A stretch of DNA of 64,000 bases, taken from NCBI RefSeq assembly GCF_006345805.1, contig NC_042997.1, forward strand, positions 53,010,001 through 53,074,000, read 5' to 3'. The translations under genes and the position numbers were made by a program. The DNA is from Octopus sinensis (lineage: Eukaryota). Positions 40,141-53,103 of this stretch are shown one piece after another (position 1 is the first letter of the stretch; each line of letters starts with the position of its first letter). The notes under the pieces are model-generated. The model did no database searches, was not told where the DNA came from, and saw only the letters and a list, made by a program, of their open reading frames with translations.

Positions 40141-41458
40141 ACTAGTTTGTTACTAAAACTTTCCAAAGAAACCATTGTGGTAGGCATAACAGATGTGATG
40201 TTGCATAGGATGAACTAAAGACTAAGGGTTTAGTTATTTAGTACTGTTTATCCATCTCTCAGTTTTGTTGATGCATTGTTCATATATAACTGCTTTCTCC
40301 AGATATCTTAACCAATATCTCTGAAGGTCTATTGCACCAATTTATTTGCAAATGTAAAGCTGTTACTTTTTCTCACTCAGCTGTATAGAACTACATCTTT
40401 GTGGTTTCAAGTTTCAATTCTTTTGGCACTGATTTGGCTTTAACATTTATAATGGCTAATAAAAATATATCGATGATGCATTAGGACACGTAATCAAATT
40501 CACAAGAGTTGGTGGAGAAGCAAAAAGTATATGCTTGTCGAAATAATAGATGACATTTACAGGTAGTCCATGAAATTAGAAAAGAAACAAACATTTCCTT
40601 CATAGTTAACACAATATTTTACCTGGTTTTTTAGTAGAGTAAATCTAACACAAGTTATGCAAAGAATCTGTCAGTAGCTAAAATACCAGAAATACTAAAA
40701 TTTGTGGAACAAACCTCTTCTTTTTCTATGTCAATAAACTGACTGTTTATCTCTGCATCATGAGAGCTTCAAGTAATACTATAGGTAGTATTACTCTGAT
40801 TACATTATTTATAAATGCCACCTGTTTAAGTGTTACCATTTTCATTAAGGTATATGTATTTGTATGTACATCTGTATATATTTTTTTTATTAAGCACAAG
40901 GTTGATTTTTGTGGGAGGAGTATTGTTGATTGGCGTGATGCTAATGTTTAACCCTGCACTTAGTTTATTTACGTTGAAGGGTGAAAAAGCAAGGCAAACT
41001 CTCTTGCCAATTTCCTACCTTCATTTATTTAATTAAAAATTCTTTTACATTTTCATTGTTTTGTATAAGATGTTTTTTATTTTTGTATTTATGAAGAACA
41101 AAGTATATTGTATTTGTTTGTTAAAAGTTTCTCAAACATCTATTTTATATTGCAGGTGAGTATTTAAAGAAAATATTAGCATTGGTAAGAATATATTTAT
41201 TTTTCCCACTTGTATAGTTAATAAAAGAGGTTGTCATTCTTGGTACCCTGTGTGATGTAATTTTATATCTTTATTGTGTGTGTTTGCCAGTAGTTGAGCA
41301 TTAAACAGGGTACAAAAAAAAATTAATGATTCAAACCAAACTTTTATATTGAAATTACAAATCATGCTAAGAGTTTTTTTTTTTTTTTTTCTCATCAGTT
41401 ATAAATCAAATTTACTCTAGAAATTGTCTCTTGTATTATTTAATTACTTAATAGATAT

Positions 41459-41650
41459 TTAACCTTTTAGCACTTCAACAAGTCATACCTGGCCCAAATA
41501 TTCTGTTTTATGTTCAAATCAGCTAGATCCTGCCTCTTACACCTACCCTACAATATCATTCAAAAAGCAAACAACCACATCATTGACATTTTGAAGCTAT
41601 GTAAATAAAACATTACATTTGACTGAATAGTCTGAATGCTAAAGGGTTAA
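41459..41650. mobile_element. piggyBac-type MITE (family P2)
   Basis: TTAA-CCTTTTAGCA ... TGCTAAAGGG-TTAA; homologous to 51020-51223. Confidence 0.8.
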
Positions 41651-41668
41651 GTAGATTTAGTAGAAAAA

Positions 41669-41709
<41 letters not shown>

Positions 41710-43326
41710 CAGAAATATACATGTATTTACTCTAGGATTCCTTAGGAATGTATTCTTCTATTATTAATGTTTACACCTATTATTAATATTTTGTGTAATG
41801 GGCCGATTGTAATCCTTCCTGAGTGATGTAGTATTTGTTTGATCTGTAACATTTTCTTATCTTTACAACTTAAACTTATTCATATATATCTGGAAGCACA
41901 TAAATATATATAATTTTTAAAACTCTATTTGTACTCTTCTAATTCTGGGAAGGTTGTTCTAATTTATTTGAATGTTTGAAAATCACTTTCCATTTACTGT
42001 CTTATTCTTTCCTTGTTAATGTGTATTTGGGTAAATATAAATACATTTAAGTGTTGGTTTTCATATTGTAGAAGCTTGTACTGTGATTATATTTGTGTAA
42101 ATAAGGATAAGAATGAGGAAGAAAGAACATGTGTATGTGTGTGTGTGTGCCTGTATACACATTAAATAATGAATGAAACCCAGTGAAGACTGTTGAAATG
42201 AAACAAGATGTAACTATTATTCCTTAAAGCTGACATCACTTGCAAAAGAAGATTGCTTTTAAGTAAATATAAATCAATAATTAGGTAAATGTTAAAGCAG
42301 TGAAAAAAATAAGCTAACAAGTTAAATACTTTCTACACTCCTTTCTTTAACATTCATTTAGTTGCTATTTCTGTTTACTATTATCTATATACTATTGTTT
42401 GTCATTTATTTGTTATTATTGACTCTCGTTTAGAGAAAATCTGTAATGTTGACTGTTCTGATTACTGGATCTGTATATACAAACTTTGACTATCTCAAAG
42501 TGATAAATAATCTTTATTTATCGCTTCAAAAATATTTAATGAAAAACCTTGTATATTTTCTAATCTTTTTGCTTTAACTAAGTATAACCCTTAGCCAGTG
42601 GACTTATTATTAAACATTTTTATTTTGCATTGAAAGATTATACTTAAAATTTTGAGTCATTTACTCAACAATTTTCTATGGATTTTTAAAAACATTTTTT
42701 ACATCACCAAAGACTGATGGTAAAAACAAGTTGCAAAAATGAACAATTTCTTTGCTCAAAAATCAATTGCATTAATGTTGGCACTCAAATCTAAATTACT
42801 GAATTAGCAATTTCTATGAGATTCGTTTTTCTCCTGAGAGATCAAACCTGAGCTTCTAAAAAATTGTAGCTTTTACAATTAAGTCATGTGTACAGCTTCA
42901 CTTGTATTAACTTGGAATTAAACTATTAATATACATACACACATATGGCCATGTGATTAAGAAGTTTGCTTTGCAACCATGTGGTTTTCCACTGCATGGT
43001 ACTGAAGGTGTTGTCTTTTACAGCACCAAGCTTAAGAATGCTGTGTGAGGGAATTTGGTAGACAGAAACTACAGGAAACCTGTCTTGTGTGTGTGCGTGC
43101 ATGTGTACGCACGGTGAACTTCCTTCCTGTAGTTTTGTCTGTTAAATTCCCCTACCCAGCTGGGTTTATAATAGAAGACACCCAAAGCACCATTGTTGTA
43201 AGAGCCAACCCAAAACCACATGGTTGCAAATTGAACTTCTTAACTTAACTTATCTACACAGCCGTTTATTAATGGTTCAATCTCAAATTAATCTAACAGG
43301 AAATTTAGACTTTTCTGTAGAAGCAT

Positions 43327-43696
43327 AGGCGTAGGAGTGGCTGTGTGCTAAGTAGCTTGCTTACGAACCACATGGTTCCAGGTTCAATCCCACTGCATGG
43401 CACCTTGGGCAAGTGTCTTCTACTATGGCCTCAAGCCAACCAAAGCCTTGTGAGTGGATATGGTAGACGGAAACTGAAAGAAGCCCATCGTATATATGTT
43501 TATAAATATATGTATGTATGTATGACAACTGATGCTGGTGTGTTTATGTCCCTGTAGCTTAGTGGTTGAACAAAAGAGACCGATAGAATAAGTACTAGGC
43601 TTACAAAGAATAAGCCCTGGGGTCAATTTGCTCAACTAAAGGCTGTGCTCCAGCATGGCCACGGTCAAATGACTGAAACAAATAAAAGAGTAAAAG
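43327..43696 (+). mobile_element. SINE family A, near full length
   Basis: Colinear with 3023-3447. Confidence 0.9.
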
Positions 43697-44400
43697 TGTA
43701 AGAAGCAACATTTGATCTCTTCTGACTGATGTGTGTGTGTGTGAGAGAGAGAAAGAGAGAAGCATGTGGCCTAATGATTAGGGTGTTTGGCTCATGATTA
43801 TAGCGTTATGGATTCAATTTCTGGACCAAAAGGCATATGTCTTTGTGTTGCTCCAGTACATGTGTGTGAGGTGTGTGTGCATAAGTGTGGATGAATGTTC
43901 AAATTCCATGCTTATTGCAGCTTGTGTGAAGCTGTAATGATGTTCACATTCTTTGTAGATGTTATGATCACTGACTCTGTATTTTAAAAGACCTTTGAAA
44001 TTAAGATATTCCTTACTTGAAAAACAGGTATGAATTGGCAACAGGAACAATATTGGGCTTCAAATAACTCCCCATCAAAACTTATGCTAGCATGGAAAAA
44101 TAGATATTTAGTAAACAAATTAAACTACTATGGACAGTATGAGAGTAGCTGTTAATGAAGTAAGTGGTCCTTGAGAAGTGAGAGTCACATTAAAGAATAG
44201 AAAGCCTTTTGTATTTTTGAACAGTGGAACATATGAGAAGGTTATTCTCTTCCTTGTGATGATATTGAAATAAAATGAAAAGTTGTTGGCACTAGAAAGA
44301 GAACATCAATGTAAATTAGTGGTTTATATATCTGTTAAGTAAATGTTTCTGAAGTCATGAGGTTTTCTTGTTTCTGATGGGGCTTTCTTGTTTCTGTTGA

Positions 44401-44815
44401 AGGCGCAGGAGTGGCTGTGTGGTAAGTAGCTTGCTTACCAACCACATGGTTCTGGGTTCAGTCCCACTGCGTGGCATCTTGGGCAAGTGTCTTCTATTAT
44501 AGCCCCGGGCCGACCAATGCCTTGTGAGTGGATTTGGTAGACAGAAACTGAAAGAAGCCCGTCGTATATATGTTTATATATATGTGTATATATATATGTA
44601 TTTGTGTGTATGTCTGTGTCTGTGTTTGTCCCCCTAGCGTTGCTTGACAACCGATGCTGGTGTGTTTACGTCCCCGTCACTTAGCGGTTCGGCAAAAGAG
44701 ACCGATAGAATAAGTACTGGGCTTACAAAGAATAAGTCCCGGGTTTGATTTGCTCGACTAAAGGCGGTGCTCCAGCATGGCCGCAGTCGAATGACTGAAA
44801 CAAGTAAAAGAGTAA
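44401..44815 (+). mobile_element. SINE family A, young full-length copy
   Basis: Retains CpGs; near-identical to 3023-3447. Confidence 0.93.
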
Positions 44816-45690
44816 TATATTCATTTTTGGAGTGGGGGAGGAAAAATATAATTCAAGTGAGATACGAAGTTCAAAATATCATTTATAATAGTTTTTATAA
44901 GAAAGCCAATCTTGACAAATAGTTGAGCAGTTGTCATGGAAATTGTCGCCCCAAGAAGGAATCTTTTTTTTTTTTTCTCGTTTTTTGAGACTCAATTAAA
45001 TCTGCAGTGCCTCTTTATTTTTAGTCTGCACTTATTCAGCAGAATGCAAAAACTATACCTGAGTTTTTAAGACTCCACTAGTTTCTTTCACTCACTTTTT
45101 ACTGAATAGCAGAAATCTACTTAAAAAGAATTAGTGTTATATCTTTTCAGTGCTATTTTGTTTGTTTTGTTATGTTTTTTTTCACAAAGAATAAGAATAA
45201 GGAAAAGTAATAATCTTATAAAAAAGAGAATACCTACTAAAGAAAACACTCATAGAACATAGGAGGCAACATGTGCCATTCTAATCTCAGATTCTGCTTT
45301 GGAAGAATTCAATTAAAGAAAGCAATGTATTGAATAAAAGGTGAGTGGGGTATAATGAATAGCTGTTATCTTTAGAACTTTCAGCTTAAGCAACCCAAAT
45401 CCAAAGAAACATGGGGTGGAGTTTTCTGGGATGAATGGGCCAGCATAGAAATAAAGAAGAATAAAAATCAATATAAATAAAATGGTAATTTAAGAAAGAA
45501 GAAAGTAAAGAACATCAGAGAAAATTTCTACAGAAATGATGAATTAAAAATGAGTCATTGTTTCGATGCAGCACTATATGTTGGCTAAACTGTCAAAAGC
45601 TCACAGATTGGCTAATAATCTTATCTTTCTTGCTTTTTAAGTTATCTTATTTTGATATATATTTCTTTTATTAATTACATGCAGTAGTAG

Positions 45691-45741
<51 letters not shown>

Positions 45742-45749
<8 letters not shown>

Positions 45750-45900
45750 CATTTGATGTTGACTGTTTGAAGGGGGGAAGAGTGTTTGATACTATAGTAA
45801 AAACTAATGATTATTTTATTTTGATTGAGTTGGTCTCTTGTCTGAAGAACTGGGGTACGCACTGGTGAAACTAAGAGTAGCAAGAGATTAATTTCACCAA

Positions 45901-45904
<4 letters not shown>
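45742..45904 (+). mobile_element. ~165-bp hammerhead-bearing element inserted in (TA)n (candidate Penelope-like solo pLTR / retrozyme monomer)
   Basis: Unique sequence bounded on both sides by long (TA)n tracts (~45692-45741 and ~45905-45983); contains the hammerhead; no ORF. Confidence 0.6.
45832..45889 (+). ncRNA. Minimal type I hammerhead ribozyme (Penelope/retrozyme type)
   Basis: Stem I GGTCTCTTGT (45832-41) pairs with GCAAGAGATT (45880-89). Core CTGAAGA at 45842-48. Stem II ACTGG/CTGGT (45849-53/45862-66, two G-U pairs). GAAA at 45867-70. Short stem III ACT-aag-AGT. Cleavage triplet GTA, with cleavage predicted after 45879. Confidence 0.85.
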
Positions 45905-45983
<79 letters not shown>

Positions 45984-47022
45984 CGCATATCTTTCTTCTG
46001 TCTCTGTCTCTCTGTACACTTCTATTAGTATATTATAGTATATTAGTATGTGTTCTTTTGTTAGTACATATGTGTTCTTTCATGTGTAAACGTGGTGTGT
46101 GTGTGTGTGTATATATATATATACATGCTAAGATACACCCATATATGTACACACAAGTATCTAAAATTTTTTAAAAGTTGTTCATAGCTATGAAGTGTAT
46201 ACATGCAACAAGACTGCTTTGTAGTTGCTCAGTTTGCTTAATATCTTCAAAATGGGAAACAGTTTTGAATTGTAGAGCTTTAGGAAGTATACTCACAATA
46301 GAAACAGCATAGCTTTGTATCGAGCATCGATCTAACAATTCTTTACTGGCTACCTCTGTACTATTGATGCACTAAACCATTTATATACAAGTCTGGCAAA
46401 AGAAAGCTGACCAGAATACTGAAAAATATTGTATTGGATATGGGTTAGCTTTCAGTCATTTAGCCTATTATAAATGAAATTGGTATTTATTATTTTATTT
46501 ATTTTGGAATCTTTTTTTTTCTTTTTTGCTGCTTTCGCAGATTCCCATGACTTTCTGTTGCCATCCAATTCCCTTATTATGAATTTGAATTGGGAGCTTT
46601 TATTAGCTGATTACACAACCATAGGTGCCACACCTATGGATGTGTTGCAGTTACTCTCTTGATAGAGCTTAGTGATCTTGACCGTTGATCTGGGATTTCT
46701 CTACTCAGCACAAATGTAAGAAGCACCATTGGCTTAGTTGAACTCTTCTGCTACCTCTTCACAATCCACCATGCTGCAATACCATAACTTTGCTGTATCC
46801 CTGGCAGGGTGGCTAAACAGGTGCTATGCCTTGCAAAAGAGCAACTCATAACTATGCAGGAATTTAAACTGATATTTACGGATGGATAAAGTCATCTCCT
46901 TCTTTAATGAAGTAAATGGCAATTTCTGGAACAATAGGGAAGATTTTGTTGCATATTTAATACCTAGATATTTGGAAGTAGCAAAAATGTAATAAAAATT
47001 AAGGGGTAAAAATATTTCTCTT

Positions 47023-47240
47023 ATTTCTTTATTGACCACAAGGGGCTAAACGTAGAGGGGACAAACAAGGACAGACAAAGAGATTAAGTCAATTACATCG
47101 ACCCCAGTGCATAACTGGTACTTAATTTATCGACCCTGAAAGGCAAAGTTGACCTTGGCGGAATTTGAACTCAGAATGTAGTGGCAGATGAAATACCGCT
47201 AAGCATTTCACCTGGCATGCTAATGTTTCTGCTAGCTCGC
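47023..47240 (-). mobile_element. SINE family B with 19-bp TSD
   Basis: GGGTAAAAATATTTCTCTT at 47004-47022 and 47243-47261 flanks the element. Confidence 0.92.
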
Positions 47241-47413
47241 AAGGGTAAAAATATTTCTCTTGGTGACTGGTGCAATATCAAAAGACCTAAAATGATTGTA
47301 TGTAAGAAGAGGAATCAAATAATTGAGAATCTCTTTAGATAAGAATCTCAATCGTTTATTATAATATTGGTCACAGTATGTTGGCTTTGTATTATATTGT
47401 CAATAATTTTATA

Positions 47414-47752
47414 GGTTCAGATATGACTGTGTGGTTGAGAAGCTTACTTTGAAACACGTGGTTTTTGGGTTCAGTTAGTTGTCTTCTACTATAGCTCCAG
47501 GCTGACCAACACCTTGTGAATGAATTTGGTATGGAAGCCTGTCGTGTGTGTGTGTATTTGTGTTTGTCCCCTGTAACCACTTGACAACTAGTGTCGGTTT
47601 GTTTGCATCTCCATAACTTGATGGTTTGGTAAAAGAGACTGATAGAATAGGTACCAGATTTAAAAATAAGTTCTGGTGTTGATTTGTTTAACTAAACTCT
47701 TAAGTATTTTGCCCCAGCATGGCCACAGTCTAATGACTAAAACAAGTAAAAG
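47414..47752 (+). mobile_element. SINE family A, diverged
   Basis: Colinear head and tail. Confidence 0.82.
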
Positions 47753-47995
47753 ACATTGCGGCAGTATACAATCAATAAATGTGACTGATATATTAATCAG
47801 AAGATGGTTTCCATTCCAAAGAAGTTAATAATATCTAGTTTTGTTATCAAGGAATGTAATTGCTGAGAATTGTTATTGACTAGATAGCGTGAAGTACAAG
47901 TGGTTTTATTTAGTTTAATTCAATGACTGTGTTAATGAGTATACATCATATCTTTCTTTTACTTGTTTCAGTCATTAGACTGTGACCATGCTGGG

Positions 47996-48435
47996 AGCTT
48001 TACTTTTGTGATCCTTTCTAACAATTCGTGTAAGAGTCCGATGGTCCCTATCTGAAAGTTTTGTTTTTCTTCTGGAGTTTTGTTTCGATGGGGAGGTTTT
48101 TCCCTCTTTCTCAAAGTCTGTCATTACTTTCCAGACAGTATTTTTTGATACACCAAACATTTCAGCTGTTTTCATTATGCTAGCGCCTGCCATACGAACA
48201 CCAACAATTTGACCTCTTTGAAAGTCCAATATACGTATCTGTCATTTTAATGAATTTTAATTACCTTTTTCTGATGATATCTGAAAAGAAACAGCAATTT
48301 TAGCAAAACATATTAAGCAACACTAATAGTAAATAAAAAAAACATAAAAATAAACAAGCATTTAACGGTTTTATAGATATTTCAAAATTATGATGCTATG
48401 ATGCTAGGTGTTTCCATTATTTTGTCCAACCCCTG
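47996..48435 (-). mobile_element. Tc1-like transposon 5' fragment
   Basis: TIR CAGGGGTTGGACAAAATAATGGAAACACC (reverse complement, ends 48435). ORF DFQRGQIVGVRMAGASIMKTAEMFGVSKNTVWKV...RKTKLSDRDHRTLTRIVRKD is a Tc1 paired-like HTH. Confidence 0.88.
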
Positions 48436-49399
48436 CATACACACACACACACATATACACATGCACACACATATATGTGACAGGCTTCTTTCAGTTTCCA
48501 TCTACCATTTCCACTTACAAGGCTTTGGTCAGCCTCACAAAGATATGGTGACGATATCACTGTCATGCAAGCAGTGTACTTCATTCCCAATCTTGTCTGG
48601 AAAACATCCCAAACCATGGGGAAATATTACCTTACTTGGAAACAGGTGAGTGTTGGCTAAATGAAGGGAATCCAGCTGTAGAAAAATTACCTCAGCAAAT
48701 TCTACCCAACCCATATGAGCATGGAAAAGTAGATGTGGCAGAGACTGCGGCTGCTGCTGCTTCATCATATGCTTATTAATACAGTGTATGTAATGTGTTT
48801 AAGTTTACAAGTATTAATACAAACTACTCTTTGAAAGATGTTAAATTGTGGAGTTCACATCTTGTCTCTCGTTTGGACATTTAATTCTGTATCTCATTTT
48901 GCTTTGGTTTTAGTGAATAGTTTCTGGATGCTGTGCTTATGTAATCTGTGGTAGGCTAGAATCTTATTCAAAGGAAGATTTATCATTCCTCTGTTTGATG
49001 CTACAGAGTCTGAAATTAAGCATAAACTTTATAAACCTCTGATTTTCTGGTCATATTATTATATAATCTCCTCACACCAGCCATTAGTACGGAATTGTCA
49101 TTAAAAATGATTCCGTTCTATGGGCTTATTACTGAACTTTTATTATTATGGCAGCTTTAAAAACAATGATGAATTTATGATGCAAGGGCAAACTAACATT
49201 ATCTATTGATCTTGGAAAAAAAAATTCTTTCCCTTGATTAAATTGTATAAATTATGCCATATGTAGTGAGGATGATAGGGAAAACAGTTGACTGTCTTTA
49301 AAGTCTTCAGATCTTGGTAGACTGTACTGTTTATATATCCAATGTAATTTTGTTGTTGTTAGATAAGAAATTATAGAAACACTGTGCACATATGCATGT

Positions 49400-50400
49400 A
49401 TGTGCACTTGGGGGCTTGGAAGTAAGAAGTAATTATAAGCTTGATGTTAAAGGAAATATGAATGGATTAATGTTGAATAAACAGAAAGATGAAAGATGTA
49501 TGTTGTTGACATAATTGGTGTGAATTAAACTAAGAAAATATAGCATGTGGTGAGAGACTGCATGATTTTGCAGCAACAACTCCACATCAAAGTAGAATAG
49601 GGAAAGATACTTTTATCAGACTTCAAAATGCAAACAGAAACTTTAGAAGAGCAATGGTTATTAACTCCACACTAACTGAGAAGATAGTGTAAATTATGCC
49701 AGAATTTAGTTTGTGTGTAAGTAGAAGTCTGGCTGAAGTGATACAGATACTGTGTAATTCTGTTAGAAATGGCTATATCAAGGATATCAACTTAAAATTC
49801 CATATCACAGAAAAAAGTGTTAGAATTCAGAGTAAAAAGGTTGACCAAGAATATTTTTGTTAAATTAAAATATATTGGTGGAGGGAAAGATCACTGTTTG
49901 ATAATTTTATAAAGAAGAATGAAAATAAAGTTATATTTACTGAGATTAGCATCAGATAATCAAATAATCTTATGTGGAAGAAAGTAAATTATGTGAATAT
50001 TTCTCCATGTTCAAAGGCAAGGCTTTTGATGTTGCTATATATTTTAACGTGTAAAATAACCTTTATGATAGTGGATTCATAGGTACAAGTATGTAAAGAG
50101 AGAAATGTATGAAGATAAGTTGGAGCTGAAAATGGGAGTGTTGAAGATAGTAATGGTAGCATCTGTAGAATTATTTGTGTTGCAGTAGTAGCTGAGAAAG
50201 ATTCTACTGAGATAAAAAGGATTCTGTTGTGTTGTGGAGATAAAAAGAAGTGTATTTTTGTAGTGAATTTGTATAAAAGGAAGTGGGACAAGTGAAAATG
50301 TCAACCAGTGATGTAAGAGAGTGGATGTATGATTTTCTAGCTTACAGGGTAACCAGATAAAGTTAGCTGTAAAATATTTACTAGGGTCACTGGATCAGAT
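49400..50400 (-). mobile_element. Very decayed CR1/Jockey-like LINE RT remnant
   Basis: Minus-strand remnants resemble the NYRPISLL..ES.I and INSDL motifs. Same C-rich coding-strand composition as the 870-2900 LINE. Confidence 0.45.
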
Positions 50401-51019
50401 TTCAGGCTTCAGTTTTACTTTATTGATAGCTTTTGGAATTCTTTTACAAATGTTCACTTACATACACATGTGTGACCATACACATACACACTTCTGTCTG
50501 TCTCTCTCTCTCTCCTGCTCTCCACCCCCTCTCTCTCAATTATTTAGAAAAGCTTATACTCTACATAGTGTACGTACAGTGTTTGCACATGTGCAGTACA
50601 CTTATATTTACACATGATGTTCATCTCAGCACAAAGCTTCAAATTTTGTGTAGTAGGGATTAAAATTAGGCATGGCTGTGTGGTTAAGAAGGTCTCTTCA
50701 CAGCCACAAGGATTTGAGTTCAGTCCCACTGTGCAGCACCTTGGGCAAGTATCTTTTACCAGATGTTGATGAATTTGATCCTCCCTACCTGATTAGTACT
50801 TATTTTATTAACCCAAGAAGGGTAAAAAGCAAAACTAACCTTACCAGGATTTGAACTCTGAATGTAAAGGAACACACTAAATACAGCAAATCATTTTGTT
50901 GACTCCCCTACTAATTCTGCCATATTCTTTTATTCTTCAACTTGTTTCAGTCATTGGACTGTGGCCATGCTGGGGCAACACTTTGTCTAACATTCCAATG
51001 GTTCTGCTTGTCCACCACC

Positions 51020-51223
51020 TTAATCCTTTAACATCAAAACTACCCAATTTAAGTTCATATTGGCTGGATCTGGCCTCTTGTATCTACCCTATAATGTCAT
51101 TCTAAAAATAGACAATCATATCATCAAAATCTTCAAGTTGCAAGATAGTGCCTAATTAATTCAAAACAACGGGCATAAATAAGTTTAAAATTTGACAGAG
51201 TAATCTAAATACTAAAGGGTTAA
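51020..51223. mobile_element. piggyBac-type MITE (family P2)
   Basis: TTAA-TCCTTTAACA ... TACTAAAGGG-TTAA; internal similarity to 41459-41650. Confidence 0.75.
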
Positions 51224-51995
51224 ATATAACTGTGAAAATAAAATATACTGAAACATCTTAGGATGAAGAAAATTGCCATTAAACAGATTAGAAAGCAATC
51301 AAATTTACAAACATGATATACTGTTTAAATTCTTTTATATAAGAGATAATAGACTGGTACCTCAATTTTCAACTTTTTGTCTCTCTACAACATTATTACT
51401 GACTCATACATCAAGAGGTCTTAATAATACTGTTATTTTATCTTAATAATCTATTTGATGTATATCAGAGAAGTTATCTTGATAAATCTTTTCAAACATG
51501 AAAAATGTTTGGCTCTAATGGATTAAACTTGATAACTTTAAAATTTTCATTATGACTGTTTGTTATCTAACTAGATTAAGCTAGATAACTTTGAAAGCAT
51601 CCTAATTTAAATATGAAATATTCTCATGTTCGTGCCTGTTGGAATGGCTGTATGGTAAAGAAGTGCAATTTGAAACCACACGATTCCTGATTTGCACAAG
51701 TGTGTTACATTTTAGCCTTGGTCTTACCGATACCTTGGGAGAGAAGTTAAAACTATTTAAACATAATTCATGATATTTTATGTCTGATTGAGTTATAATG
51801 ATATGATCTTACCAACTCCTATCTTCTGAAAACACTTTGGGTCAGTATAACTGTCATTGTCAGTTATGAAGATGAATGTTTCAGTTGATCAGATCAACTG
51901 AAGAGCCTGCTCATGAGATTAATGTGCAAGTGGCTGAGCACTCTACAGACACGCATACCCTTAATGTAGTTCTCGTGGAGATTCAGCTTGACACA

Positions 51996-53103
51996 GGACA
52001 CTCTGAGAGTATAGCGGCTAGAATAAGAATAGCCTGGGCAGAGTTCAGAGTGCTTCTACCTCTGCTGGCAAGCAAGGGCTTCTTGCTCAAGATGAAAGGT
52101 AGACAGTATGATGCATGTGTGCAAACTGCCATGTTACACAGCAGTGAAACATGGGCCATGACTGCTGAGGACATGCATAGGCTTGAAAGAAATGAAGCTA
52201 GTGTGATCCATTGGATGTGTAATGTCAGTGTGCATACACAACAAAATGTGAGTGCCCTGAGAGAAAAGTTGGACATAAGAAGCATCAAATGTGGTGTCCA
52301 AGAGAGATAACTATGCTGGTATGGTCATGTGTTATGTATGGATGAGGACAGGTGTGTGAGGAAGTGCCACACCCTAACTGTGGAAGGAACTTGTGGAAGA
52401 AGCAGCCCCAGGAAGACATAGGATAAGGTGGTGAAGCATGACCTTTGAATATTGGGCCTCACAGAGGCAATGACAGGAGACTGAGACCTTCGGAGACATG
52501 CTGTGGTTGAGAAGACCCAGCAACTAAAGTGAAATTGCAGCCATAGCCGATGTCAGTGTTGCATGTCCATTTAAGGGTACCCTCGATGCATCGGGCAATA
52601 TGATATGCTTGAGAAGACCTGTTGAGTCAAGTAAAACCAAAATCGTAGCTGAGGCCAGTGCCCCCTGACTGGCTCCTGTTCCAGTGTCACATAAAATGCA
52701 TCATTGGAACGTGGTCAATACCAGTGTCCCTGGACTGGCTCCCATGCTGGTGGCACATGCAAAACACCATCCAAATGTGGTCGATGCCATGTCTGCCTGA
52801 GTGGCTCCTGTGCCAGTAGCATATAAAAAGCACTATCCAAACATGATAGGCTCCTGTGCCAGTGGCACGTAAAAAGCACCATCCGAACGTGGTCGATGTC
52901 AGTACCCCTTGATTGGGTCCTGTGCCGGTGGCACATAAAAAGCACCCACTACACTCTTGGAGTGGTTGGCGTTAGGAAGGGCATCCAACTGTAGGAACAC
53001 TGCCTGATCAGATTGGAGCCTGGTGCAGCTGCTGGCTCTCCAGACCCCAGTCAAACCATCCAACCCATATGAGCATGGAAAACGGATGTTAAACGATGGT
53101 GAG
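51996..53103 (+). mobile_element. 5'-truncated RTE/BovB-like LINE: ORF C-terminus plus 3' UTR with tandem ~65-bp modules
   Basis: SIAARIRIAWAEFRVLLPLL...LHSSETW...RLERNE...LCWYGHV...VEG..GR..PRKT is a typical RTE C-terminus, with stops. The 3' UTR ends GGATGTTAAACGATG. Confidence 0.92.

Noticed and set aside
52660-52950. CRISPR-like repeat-spacer appearance
   Set aside because: Eukaryotic context, the spacers are homologous to each other, no cas genes; it is a LINE 3' UTR tandem repeat.
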